Below are positions 14,231 to 26,934 of a stretch of DNA of 64,000 nt, one piece after another (position 1 is the stretch's first letter; each line of letters starts with the position of its first letter). This DNA comes from Phoronis australis. Its lineage: Eukaryota; Animalia; Phoronida. The translations under genes were made by a program, and so were the position numbers. Location: NCBI GenBank assembly GCA_002633005.1, contig NMRA01000126.1, forward strand, positions 801,212-865,211, given 5' to 3'. The notes under the pieces were generated by a model. It was not told the DNA's origin, did not search any database, and worked only from the letters and a program-made list of their open reading frames with translations.

Positions 14231-15386
14231 ACTGCGGTGTCATGCAGGCTGCAAAAATTCATTCATAAAAATATTGTGTGTTCGTGTAGGCTTACGTGTC
14301 ACACGACCTGCGATCACCATTGATAAAAAATGACTAAACGACACAAAGCAAGCGGGGCAATCTGTGTAAACCTGTTTCTTTAAAGTATCCTCATCGGGGC
14401 GCGTAGGATAAATATACGTACGTGTTTTAAAGCTAGAGGGGTTGCTCGCAGAACATGGCGAAATCTCGCGTTTTCGCTAGGTTCAGGCTGTTACAGAACG
14501 CTACCCAGATGTTTACCCAGTTTAAAATAAAGAGCCGTCACTGAACACGAGGTGGATAATTAGATAACACAGGAAAACTTGGCTCTGAACTAATGTCCAG
14601 GGGATGTGTATTGTTGTGGGTAGCGTTTCGAGTTCGGTGATCCACAAGCATAATTGCGCAATTAAATCCCACCAGGGAAATGTTGCTGACGGTTTCTCAT
14701 ATTAAATATGTTCAAGCGTCACCGGTCAAAATAGGCTTTAGGTTTTGGTTCAATGTTCTCATAGAGTTCGCGCTGAAAACAATCCCAATGTAGGTAAATG
14801 TAGACTCATCGACTTAATCTTAGAACTGGTTTTTGCATGCAACACATGCGCATTATTTTTATAAAGTATATTCATTGTTTCCGCCATTTGAGCTATATTA
14901 GCACTACGGCACAAGTATATGACAATCCACGATGTTAAGCCACATTATTTTTGTCTTAAAGGCACTAATACCGCTTCAAGTTGCAAACAGAAGCAGTCCT
15001 GGGTCCAAACAATGGCACGTGCCACTCAACGAGAGTCATGGCAATGGCACTGGATCGCCGTTAACTCTTCCTGCAACTGCGGCGTCTCACCCGCCTACGC
15101 TGACGTAATTAAGAAGGATGTTGCATCTTCACTCTTCAACCATGTAAGAAACCCAATGCCCATCAAGCGAGGAAATGGCCACAGTGGATAGACCACATGC
15201 TCACACGTGAAATTATAATTAGTGTTGCACACAAAACTGTTGAATTTGAAACTGGCCAAGTAAAGCTACCCGTTTAGGTTTCTTTGATCTTGCGCACATC
15301 TCAACTTTACCCAGTTTTCTGTCGTGAAAGTAAAGACAGCATCAAGCTGACTGTGGACTTCTTCTGTAGGTTTGGTTGGCTCATCT

Positions 15387-15576
15387 CAGAGCGGATCCAG
15401 GATTTTGAGTTAAGGGGNACTAAAAAAAAAAAACGGCAAACAGTGTTTGTTCAGGGCCTATGCGTTGTTTATTCACCCCCAACGAGCCCCTGCTTGCGCG
15501 CACCCGAACTCCCAAATGGTATCTGGTAGAATTTTAGGGGGGGGGGGGGGGCATGGCCCCCTTAAATCCGCCACTG
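15387..15576. mobile_element. hAT-like MITE related to the 6247-8691 element
   Basis: Ends cagagcggatcc / aatccgccactg; perfect 5-bp duplication CATCT (15382-15386, 15577-15581). Confidence 0.75.
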
Positions 15577-16686
15577 CATCTATCTTATTTTGTTATTGTA
15601 GGATGAATTTGTCTTTATTGTAAATGTCCATAATTCCTTTTTGAAGCATCAACAAAATTTACACATATATAGTAGTTACAACTTAGCCAGAATTAAATCG
15701 AGTTCTCCAGTACTGTCCAAAACACATGGCTCAAAAACAATAAAATGAAGCTGCTACCAATGTAATTGATATGGCCTGGGGCCAATGATTTAGGGGCATT
15801 ATTAGGCAACCTGTCTGATGATGACTAAAGTTTCGGGCACATTTTGACTTTCAATATTTCACCTAATGCAAGGCCTGGTGCAACTTCCAAGTCATCCAGT
15901 CACAACTGATACTGGTAGAAAAGCAAGCAAGTAATCTACTCCTTGCCTAAATGGTGCTGGAAGAGAAAACAGACATAATATTACTATGTGTCTTTTAGCT
16001 CAGAGACATTCCACAGTACTCCCAAGAGGGCATTCTAGAAATGTTGAAAATAAAAAAGTAATACTAGCTGGTATAAGGCATTTATTTATTCTCTCTCAAT
16101 ATATCCTAGTAATCAAGCACCAGTTCTATGAACATGAAAGTTTTGATAGTTTGAGTTCAGTAAAACCCGTACACGTCTAACGCTTGGAAATAAATTAAAC
16201 TAAAAATGCGTGGGAAGTGACATGTGCGAGTTTCACTGTAATTCTCGGTCAGAAAATGGGAAAGACCAGCTACACACCAATAAGTATAGGGTGGTATAAG
16301 GAGAACAACTTACTTCAAAAGAGTGTAACATCACTATCTTGTTGACTTTTCAAGGAATTGAAGTTTGCTACATCAAAGTCTCACCAATTTCGGAAAAATT
16401 AATTTGCCAAAGTTGATATTTTTCATTTTTCAAAGGCTTCTAACATTACAGGTACTAATAATCTTTCAGGGAAAAATAAAAGACAAATATCATTTGTTCT
16501 CAATACCGTCTACTAAATTGGTGAGATTTCACAGTACAATTGATTGACCGTAATTGCCAATGGCCATATGACCTTGCAGCGACAAACATAATTAACGGGC
16601 CACGCCTAGTCTGATGAAGAAATAACCCCCCGCCACGTTTTTCTTAAGACTAGAAATAATTTCTAACCTGAGTAAAGAACAAGATT

Positions 16687-16925
16687 GAGGAGGCAGTGTG
16701 GCCTAGTGTGATGGTGCCCGCCTTCTTTACTCGAGGTCGTGGGTTCAAGTCCCACTGGACCACACTGCTAGACCTTTGAGTCAGGTTTCTAGCTCCTCAG
16801 TTCGGTTTTAACTAAATGTTAATAAAACACAAAAATAGTTCCAGGTGATCAGTGCAATGGGCCCACATGCACGGCCTGCCCACGTCTGGTACAACATGTA
16901 CCAGACCGCCTGCAATTATTTTTTT
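16687..16925 (+). mobile_element. tRNA-derived SINE
   Basis: A-box tggcctagtg (~16699) and B-box ggttcaagtcc (~16742) in a tRNA-like head, unique body, AT-rich tail; flanked by taaagaacaagat (16673) / taaagagcaagat (16926), a probable target duplication. Confidence 0.75.
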
Positions 16926-17100
16926 TAAAGAGCAAGATGAAAAGGAGTTCATAACAAACAGTAAGTGGTCTAAAACAAATGTGGTTTTTTGACAGAAGGG
17001 GTGGGTCTATTGTCTTTTAGACTTAAGCTCTCTGGCATTATATAATCTCATCCCACTAACACATAAGTCATACACCCTGTAGTCATTTTTCCAGTTAACG

Positions 17101-20100
17101 CTATTTAACAGCATGTTTGTTTTTCACTGGTTTTAGCTGATATATGGCAAACACTTTTACATTTACAAACTTGATGGCCTTAGAAATTCTTTGTTGAATT
17201 GACAACTGTCCATCATGTGCGTCAACTTGTGGATCACATGACCCCTCCCACTCCTCACATTGTTCTTCACGAATGGTAAGCGGAGGACCAATTGTTTGAC
17301 TGACATAACTTGCTATTTCTTTCGCTTTTCTGTGAGCATTTTCTACAGCAACAAGACTTGCACGTCGTCTGAAAAACATAAATATGGGTGTATGTAGGCC
17401 CATGTGCTAGCAGTATTTTGCATATTACTGCATGCACCTAGGTTGTACCTACTGGGAGCAGCCTATTCCTTGTATAGATAATCACATTTTGAACTGGATG
17501 TTTTTGTTTCTCCTTTGTCTACTTCAATTGCTTTTCATTTAAATGATACGATTGCCTTTGACTGGCTCTAAATTGCATACACGTCAACATTATCATGACA
17601 AGAAACAGAAATTCATAAAATCAATGCCTGGTAGGCCTACCCGCCTAAAATTCAGCTCAATGACTAAGGGGTGGTGAGATAAAAATGAAGTTGTACAGGT
17701 AATCATATGCTACCAGGGCCCTCGCTCATCAGAAATGAAAGGTGCCTGTGCCTTCTGAGATTGGATTTTTTGGGGGTGAGGGGAATATTCTACGCTTAAT
17801 GGCATCCCCTACCCTGTTCAAGACCTCTAGGCTTTGCCTCAAGTAGCCAAGACTAACATTTTGTGCTCTTTCAAAATGTCACCCGTGCGAATTACAAGTG
17901 ATTCGAACTTCGAGGGGAATTTGTCACTATTTTTCAGAGGAGAATAGGACCGATATTCGGCCTCAAAATTGTGGGATTGAGGGCCCTGGGTACTTAACTT
18001 GTTTATCGCCACTACAAATAAATACAATGATTCACCATTCTTCACCCCATGTAAAACGAAGCAATTTGATAACTTAACACACTTAACACAATAGAGCATC
18101 ACTAATGCTGTGTTTAGTTGCATCGTATACCAGGTAACGGCAGTCAGTAATAAACACATGGACACTGTGTTTAGTACCAATTAAGCATTTGGTGCCTGTC
18201 TCTCAAAGTGACAATTGGATTTTGTCTTGAGACAAAAGAAAAAATCTGACTACAAAGAGCCAAAAGTTCATTTTTTTGTCTTGAGTGTTTCTCAGAACGT
18301 TTCGTCTTCTGTCTAGTAGAGCAGATTTCTGTCTTTTGTCAGATTTTCTGACTTTCAGCTTTAGTCCAATTTTCGTGAAACAGGTGAAGCCATCGCAGAC
18401 TGGTTTAGTCAAAGTCAAAAGACTCTTTGAAAAACAGGTCCCCAGAACCACATAGTTTTGGGCACTTGAAATGGTCTTTAAAGATCACAGTTAAGATTTG
18501 AGTTACTTATGCAACAAGAAAAAATCTTTGAAACTGCTGAGCAGTTACAGTAATTTCATGAAATTTAAGACAAGATTTGATCTCATTTCTATGCTAACAA
18601 AATCATCTTATTCTATACCTCAGTGTCTCAAGATTCTGAGTACTATGGTAAACAACAGGGGGTAGCACTGTCACAGAGCTGTCTAACTTCTCCACCAAGA
18701 AATTACAGACGGTCTGAAGCTTATGGACATCTACAAATGTAATAGTTATCTCCCCTGCCATTTGAAATGTAGATCCGTCTCGTGACAGTGTTCTCACAAC
18801 TTGAATATCACCTTCCTGTAAAAGAAGCAATCATTACGAAGGTGCAAGAATCATGTTAACAGACCATGGCTAATATTTTTACTGAAAATTGAAAACATTT
18901 TTGAGATTCCCATTCTGGTTTAATACAAACTGAGGCCAACTGTCCATTATTCTGTGCTCTGTTACAGTATTAGTATGTCTCACACAGATGAGAGTCAAGT
19001 ACTTAACAACCCCAAAATTCCAGCTACAAACTCAAGTAGAAACATGAATTGCCAATGTTTGTGTGTCAATGAAATTGAAAGCCAATGACCTGCTCAAAGT
19101 CTGCCGTTATAACATCATAAATTCATGATAGAATGAATGTTCATAGATGGCGCTCTACATAGTATAGGGAATAGAGTAGTTACCTATCAGTGACATGTTT
19201 GTGTTTGCAAACCCACAGTCAAAATACTATCTACAGAAAATAAATTGTGGAATCCTAAAATGAGAGAAGTAGTCAAAATCATGAGCAATAAAGAAAAGTT
19301 GAACAGACATTGGCTATGAATTACCAGCTGTTTACCAGCACCTCCTTGCAAGTAACAGCCACCAGGTGGTGTTTGACAACCGCCAAGGATCACCCACTGG
19401 TGGCCATGTGACGCTAAGATTCCCGCCAGTACCCCGACGAAGACCCCAGGAAGGGCCCGAAAGTTAGGTCCACAAACACAAACAATAGGTAACTACTCTA
19501 TTCCCTATATCATAAATTCAAATAACAAAATAACAGCAAAGCAATTTTTAGAATTTTCAATCAAAAACGAAAATTTTAAATTTCATCATCGACAAGTTTT
19601 ATATTAGCAGGGCTTGACATCAGCAAGTAAACGCTCAAAACATGTGGAAAAAGTGAAATACAAGTTGCAAATTGACATCGCTCATATAGGCATCAAGTGG
19701 GTGTTCGCCACTTTCTATGAGCCCAAATCCAGAAATACGAATGGCAAATGTGACGTCACTCATTTTTTCAAGCTCACATTTTCGCCTGTGTCAAGCACTG
19801 ATTAGTCATTTCTTACTGACAAAGTGGTCAGTTAATTTGTTCTGACTTGCGCTTTGTTTTGCAGGTAATGGGACTTGCAAACAACGCATCAAATTTTCAA
19901 ATTTCCATACAAATATGCATGTTTTGTCTACGGCACACAAGTCTAAATCTGCGCCATTTCATAAAGATCCATCAAGGAACCGGGCAGATATTGAAGTAGA
20001 TTCAAAGAAAACTAATAAAGATTCATAATTGACATCAGCCATGTACTATTCAACAGAGACTCACATATCAAAATTCTTGATTATCCATGGCGTTTTGCAG

Positions 20101-23100
20101 ACTGAGGCAGATGCCAAAAACAAACACCTAACCAGTAAAACCACCACAAGGGAGTGCACCACAACATGGAACTGACCAGAAATTAGGACGGACAGTCCCC
20201 TCATTAGGAGGAACACTGGTATACTGAGGCACACACAGAAAGTAATACACTGCCACTAAGGGGCACAACAACAGAAAGTGAACATCACCTATGCTCTCGT
20301 CAGTAATAGGAAAAGCACGTCAGGGCGTCAAGTCAAATTTCTCTTCAGAAAATAGGAAAATAGGAATAATTACACATAATGTGTTGAATACATGAAAAAT
20401 TTTCAAGTGTTTCAGCAGAGAGATATCTGGACAATACATATAATAAAATTCTGAAAGTTCCACTGGAGGATGCAGCATTGGTTGACCCATTCAAAAATGG
20501 GCAAGCGCCATCCTTTACATAATAGAAACATATCTGCAAGTTAATGCGAAAATCCATTAATGACCTTCATACATAAACAGACGTAATAAGCTAATTGTCA
20601 CTAGGGGGCACAACAGAGGGTGAATACATCCAAAATTGTCACATGGTGTGCTATTTACAATAGAAACAAGTCTGCAAAACTTTACAAAGATTCATTGAGG
20701 TTGAGGACTTTACACTGTTGATTGGGAAATACTGGAAGCCATGATTTTTGGGGGAAATACATCCATGTTCTGTGACACCAGGGACACCTGAAATGGAATC
20801 CCCGTTCCCAATCTGACAAGTGTTGAGAAATTGCGTGCAGTTAAACTTTGGGTTTTATTCAATTAAATGGCAAGTTAGTGGATAGCAATGGTTTATTTAG
20901 TTTGAAATTCGACCTGGTAAATAATTCACCCACTCCCACCACACTACATTTTACAACTATCGATGTGCATTGTTTGCTGTCCTCTGAACAAGAAAAAGCA
21001 TGCATGTGCTAAAATGCAAGGAAAATAAGTCTTGTTATGTAAAAAAGAGGGATACCTCCCAGCCCCCCTTCAACGCTATGTGCCTCAGAGACACGCTCTG
21101 AGCAACTCCTCAATTTTGCAAATTAGGACCCCACTTTTCAAATCCTAGACGACATAAAAAAGAAACAAATAACAAAATGTTCTGTAACAACTGCCGATTT
21201 GCACAGAGCAGGGAATGGACTCATTTTTGCATGTATAAGACAATTTTGCTCCAGTGAAATATGCAAAACACAATTGTCGTCAGTGGTAATGATAAATTCC
21301 ATAATTTTACAATTTTTGAAAAAAGGAACCATGACTTGAGGCAGCATAAAATAGTTGTTACACCAACAAAACACAGCCCACTTGGCTCAGCACATTACAA
21401 TGCAGAATTTACAGAATTCTCAAAATGTCACAGAATTTCAGTCAAGCACATTTTGTCACAGAGAATATATTCTCTGACGGTAAAACATGACTGAACGTGA
21501 AGGATTATGTGGATTGACACTATGTACAGACTTTTTTGTTAAGCAATGGGCAGTAAGAGCACAGCATTATGCAATGGCAGTGCCAGTACCTGAACTTGAT
21601 GGTTGTGTAATGTCTGCAGTACGTAATCAACTCTGCGCGACACACTGTTCTTCACATCCTGTACATGCTCTTTTTTGTTGACCACGAGCACAGTGACTTT
21701 AAAACGATCAGGAGATGCGCTGACCTCGCCAAAAGCACACACTCTGACATCTCGCTCTGAAATGAAACAAGAGAAGAAATCAGTGACAGCATACAGAATA
21801 TCTCACACAAGTACTAGAACAACAATTCTGATGCCTCCATCATGACACTGACTTAAGCCTTAAGTCAGAGAGTTTGTCTTGTGCTCCACATTTCTGAAAA
21901 ATAATTTTGCCTCAACTACAGAGTATCTGAAATTACCCCAATGCTAGTACAGTAGTCGGACGATTTTTAGGAATTATTTCTTAACTGTGATGTGCTAACA
22001 GTTACAATTTTATTCAGCAATTGCAAAGTGGGAGCTTCAGTCAAATTGTCCGACTTCGAGTCTATCACGAGGAGTGAGATGTACAGCCCTGGATACCAAG
22101 TTTCCAGCAGTAGCGAACACTAACAGATCAGTAGTGTAGTGCGTTAACTTAGTGACTGCCTGACCTTGATGTGTGTCAGAATAAATATTGATTAAGTAAT
22201 TAGTAAGAATAGATCCATTTTAAGTTGCCCAAAATTTGTGCATATGTACTTTTAAATCATGGGGTCAGACTTGCTGACATGTACTTTAACGTCAAAATCT
22301 ATTTTTAAATGGTGTTTACAACTTTGTGTTCTAGGGTAAAGTACTCCAGAGATTCTAGAAAATTCTGAGAACAAACTGTTACAGCCAATGATATGATTGG
22401 ATATGATCATGTGGTTTTTGTTAACCAATCACTATTATTATAATATGAGCTTAAGTCAACAAGATATTTAGATGCGCTACAGTAGTTGAAGCATAAAGAC
22501 TTGCTACAGAGTACAGAGGAAATTGTACGACAGAGCCATCTCTTAGAAGATTCTAGAAAGGATCTTGGCAAGAGCAAGGGTTAATGAACAGGAAGTTAAC
22601 TAAGAGGTTGTCACTTGCATCGTGGGTAGTAAGATACTACCTGAAGTGTTGCATCATCAGCCAGAGACTGTGACCAGCAAGAAGAATCGTGGGTAGAAGA
22701 AATTGCCTGCAAGTGTAGCATCACCAGAGACGGTGACCAGCAAGTACACTGTCGTTATACAGTGTGTGTAGTTTGAAGATTTACCAACAGGACAGACATC
22801 CAACAAGTGGAGAGTCCTAGCTTGGATAGCAGATAAGACATTTGATTATTTTGGTTGATTGATTAAAGTAGTCTTTAAAGAGGGCGCTAGCGTAGTTACT
22901 CTTCTTTGTAGTTGATTACTTAATTAACAATAGCTTTCATTTGTCTAATTAGGGGTTATCATATAATAAATTAATTACTGGATTTGATTATTCACTCTCC
23001 ATCTACGCACAATCTCAAGGCATAGCTACCTTTTAAACAAACCCACCGTCAATCGTCTGACAATGTGACTATAATATAGACATGCGTAATAATGCAATCA

Positions 23101-26100
23101 AAATTGAAATGAATCAATTCAAAATTTTGTAATGAAAAGAAGGACTTTTCAAAAAAAATTTTGATTGTAATATTATTTGTTAAAGAAGGAAGGATTTAAA
23201 GGCCCTAACTTCCACCAAGTAGACTCAAAATGTAACAAGACTTTTATAGTTTAGACAGGCTTAAGCACAATTTGCACAAAATCTTTCACACTCAGCAGTA
23301 GACTGGATTAGCATGTGATCGCCTAGCTGGCTAGCACTCCATCTGGTCGTAAGCAGGTTAAATGAAGGTTAACGAGCAGGCACTGTGAAATTTCAAGATG
23401 TACATAAATTCACAGGCATCGCTCAATAGACTCTGAAAGTTTATGCATAGGATGGCTCCACAACTTCAGCAGTAAAATAATGACAATGAATTAGCACTGG
23501 TAACTAATTTAGTTCATGTACTCAAAGATGGTAGTTTTTCATGACATTAACGTTGCCAGTTTTTTACCCACAGCGATCCAAAGCAACATCTTTAATATAG
23601 CTTTGCACCAATGCAGGTAAAAACGGCTACATAAACTCAGACAAAACATAAGTGTCATTAAAATCTACACTTTTCCGTGGGTAATCTAAATTATAAACCG
23701 GTGTTAGAAAATTTGGCGTTCTACTATCATTCTGCTTCTAAAGTTTTGGAGCGATCTTATGCGTCAGTTTTCCCTCCCATGAAACATAGTGCCACCTAAT
23801 GGTGAGTTTCTTTTTTGTTGATTCTTCAACTATTCTTTTTCCAAAATGTTGCGTACATGTTACATCAAATTATTGGAAATGCTTTAACTTTGTTACAAAT
23901 TTCTAGTATTTTAATATCAGGAAGCCGAATTTCAGAGCAAATTTTGCTGCTGTGAAGTTGTCCCCATCTCCTGAGAGATGTCACAAAAAATTTAAAAAAT
24001 GGTGCCCGTCACAAGCACACCATTTTCAAAACGATGATACACTTTTCTATATTACAAAAGGATGAGAATTGTGTTTACAAAATGATGCTAGTCATATTCT
24101 TTAAAACTTAAAGGGTTGCAACAGGCAAATGATGACTGTTGGTTGACTCCCAGATTTCTCATGCATCCCCGCAGGTTGATAGTTTAACAAGGAGGTGACG
24201 AGCAGAATTACCCAAGTGGTGTGAAATTTCAAGGTCTACTGGAGCATAACACACAGTCGTTCAGTGGTTCCTATTAGTAGGTGTATTTAAACGTTAGCCT
24301 TCATACATCTAGCTGGCAACCTAGACCCTGGTTAGACAATACACACCCGTTCAACTGGCTCCAGTAGAGACCCTGGCCATCCTGTGGGCCCTCCATACAC
24401 CAGAAGCTTTTTGACACATTGTGCCTCACACTGATTAAACCATCAAAGTAATGTTGCTATAACTACCTTTTGCACACAGAAGAACACCTTAGGAGGCTAT
24501 TGATGTCTTTAATTCGTACTTTCAACTCAAACAAATACTCCTATCACATACCCTGCGCGAACAGTTAAAGATGGCCAGTTTTTGGCCACTTGACGATTTG
24601 GACTGTTCGAAAAAAGTTTGATTGCAAGAGTATTTGTTTGAGCTTGGAATGGCCAAAGACACCAATACCTCCTAAAGTGTCTTATTATACACTTATAGTG
24701 GAATAGTGGAGTAATTGCCAAGATTACCCGACCTGAGTACCAAACCAATGACCCCGATAAAACTGGCACGCGCATCAACCATTCACCTAATTAAGGCAAT
24801 TAATTTTCACGCAGCAAGAGGCTAACAGAGGCTCATATGATTCACCGGAATAACATATCTACAACATTCTTCCCTTTCCTATGGAACAGGCACGTCTCCT
24901 GGCTAAAAATCTTGGCAAAACCTTAACGACCTGGAAATTTGTCATCAGCAACGCTCTCCACATCAATTGCACCTTGTCCGATGTCTGCAGCCCCCTGAGT
25001 TTGCAGTGCTTCCTCAGAAGGAACTTTAAAATCAATGCATACATGTTTCAGTTTATTATCACTGAACCATTCTCAAGACAAATGTTTTTCATAATACTCC
25101 AGTCAGGTAACACAAGAGAACAGTCTGCACTGTAAGTACTGTATATCAAAATGCATAATGCGGATCTTGGACAAGGACAATACCACCTTCAAACTCCTCA
25201 TAGGAGGCTTTGTATGGTTGAATCACACTGAGTACTATTTCAATAGAAACATTGGTTCATTTGAGCTCCAACTGTTTTGACTTCTGGTCACTCCTCACAA
25301 TGTATTTTGACATGTACCTGTGCAGACTGTTTTCCCGTGGTACGCGACTGGGGTATATATTGTAAAGAACATTTGTATTGAGAATGGTTTAGTGAAAATA
25401 AACTGAAACATAGACCAATACAATGCCTTTGTTTATGAGTGCACTGATTTTAAAGTTCATACTCATGCTTTGGCCCAAAACAAATACTTCCTCACTATAT
25501 CACGCCTTTGTCAACTACGCCAATTGCAGTAATAGCACATAACGCTAAATCGCCGTAAGAGACCATCCAGAGTTGATATATGGTGCAACTCCGGGTGGTC
25601 TGAGCTCAACAGAATAGCACGATTCTACTGTGAGTCTACACAAATTATATGTGATAAACGAGAGTAGTTGTACTTGCCGCGTCAGCTACACATGTCATTA
25701 TCTCTTTTATGACACACAAGGTGTGACTGGACAAAGCCTTTTCAAATTAGTGTAGATAAGCGAGTAGAGCGTGACCGTGAGACCCCTGAGGTACCTGTCA
25801 AGTCCTCATGACAATTCCACGTTATGAGAGATACTTCGACCTAGGTCCTAGGCTAGGATTATACCAACGGCCCCGATAAAACCGGCAAGCGACCCAGCTA
25901 ACCATTCCGCTGTTAAAATTTAGCGAGTGACTGTGACTAACAGAGGCTCATATGAGTCCCAAGAAGCATGTCTACACTGTACAAATACAACACTAGCAAC
26001 ATGACTTTGATGATTTAATCAAAGTGACTGTGAGGCATAATTCACCAAAAAGCTTCCAGCGTATGAAGCCTGCACTATGAAGGGCCTGGTATGTAAATGG

Positions 26101-26431
26101 CCACCGTCTCTTCTATGGCCAATTAAGACGGTAATCACAACTGACTGTTAGTGTATAACCATAACATTGCCATAACCATACTGGCTAGTATAGACCTTGG
26201 TTTACGCCGGTTAGCTGCATTTTATTTTAATCATCATGATCATGACACTTTTCGGGCTGCTTTTTATTAGTATTGTTAAACAAACAGCTGCGCACCACCT
26301 ATATTTCGTCAAGTACCTGAAGCTACAGTTCGGATTGGCACTTCATCCTTTTCAACTTTATTCTGGTCGCGAACACCTATACCCGACAGACGGGCAAACA
26401 CTTGCGAACGATGCGGCTGAAGATCTGTCAT
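17101..26431 (-). CDS. IRAK1BP1: IRAK1-binding protein 1 / SIMPL (DUF541) homolog, 4 coding exons
   Basis: Phase-compatible exons 26431-26317, 21756-21590, 18815-18619, 17368-17101 (TAG). Peptides 'GEVSASPDR', 'VKNSVSRRVDYVLQTL', 'VCNFLVEKLDSSV', 'LRRRASLVAVENAHRKAKE', 'IREEQCEEWEG' match vertebrate IRAK1BP1. Confidence 0.93.
17714..17988. mobile_element. CAG-terminal MITE in IRAK1BP1 intron 3
   Basis: TIR cagggccctc / gagggccctg; flanks gctac / ggtac (4 of 5 match). Confidence 0.65.
18191..18443. mobile_element. Diverged MITE (PIF/Harbinger-like ends)
   Basis: ggtgcctgtctctcaaag versus ctttgaaaaacaggtccc, an imperfect inverted repeat. Confidence 0.45.
19163..19509. mobile_element. MITE with perfect 25-bp terminal inverted repeat
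   Basis: tatagggaatagagtagttacctat (19163-19187) / ataggtaactactctattccctata (19485-19509); the outer TA may be the target duplication. Confidence 0.8.
19608..19800. mobile_element. CAG-terminal hAT-like MITE with 5-bp target duplication
   Basis: TIR cagggcttgaca / tgtcaagcactg; perfect ATTAG duplication (19603-19607, 19801-19805). Confidence 0.8.
22280..23061 (+). mobile_element. Possible solo LTR
   Basis: TG...CA boundaries, CCAAT boxes, repeated ttctagaa, ~60-bp internal direct repeat (22619-22745). No convincing target duplication, so boundaries are uncertain. Confidence 0.3.
24290..26210. repeat. Diverged composite repeat: inverted arms with internal direct repeats
   Basis: ~24290-24465 is inverted relative to ~25990-26210 (aagctttttg..tgcctcacac..catcaaagt / actttgatg..tgtgaggcata..caaaaagctt); ~24720-24862 is directly repeated at ~25835-25975 (ccccgataaaa..taacagaggctcatatga). 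Confidence 0.55.
25548..25835 (+). repeat. Interspersed repeat, second copy at ~37565-37835
   Basis: Shared blocks 'atatggtgcaactc', 'ttttatgacacacaa.gtgtgactgg.caaagc.ttttcaaa', 'gtgagacccctgaggt.cctgtcaagtcctca'. Confidence 0.8.
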
Positions 26432-26934
26432 CGCTAGACACGTATCTCGAACAAGTAGGCTACATAGCGTATCTGGCGCGTTTGGACATACGCATGCGCA
26501 AGGCCCACACACACTTTGGCAATTGTTCACACCAATGTGCTTTTAAAAAATAAACATTTTTATTAATTTGGGTTGAAATTTACGATGCTCAACGTGCCGT
26601 TTGAATACTTACTGTCAAACGTTTTTCAAAGAGTAATACTTTTAGTTATTTTAACATAACACAAGCGGTATCAGAAAACTGTTCCATGAATTTTAGGGGC
26701 GTATGGAATTGAAGGTTATTTATTTTTTGAACGACAGAAATTTTGTACTGAACAACTAACCGAAAACGGATATTTTCTAAATGCTGTGTATTTGACAAAG
26801 TAATTCTACAAAAGTGTTATGGGTTTATGTTTCAATATTTGGACATTCGTGTACGTCGTTCTTAGCCTACCTCCCGAATTATTTCGGATCAAACCGGCAC
26901 GTCGTCGCCCGTGCGCTGCACAGACAAGAAGATA
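26432..26934. promoter_or_regulatory. Putative bidirectional promoter shared by IRAK1BP1 and JAGN1
   Basis: Only 503 bp between divergent ATGs; NRF1-like site cgcatgcgca at 26491-26500; CpG-richer ends around an AT-rich core. Confidence 0.65.

Noticed and set aside
16691-16765. tRNA gene
   Set aside because: It has A/B boxes but no clean cloverleaf, and continues into a body, tail and target duplication, so it is a SINE head.
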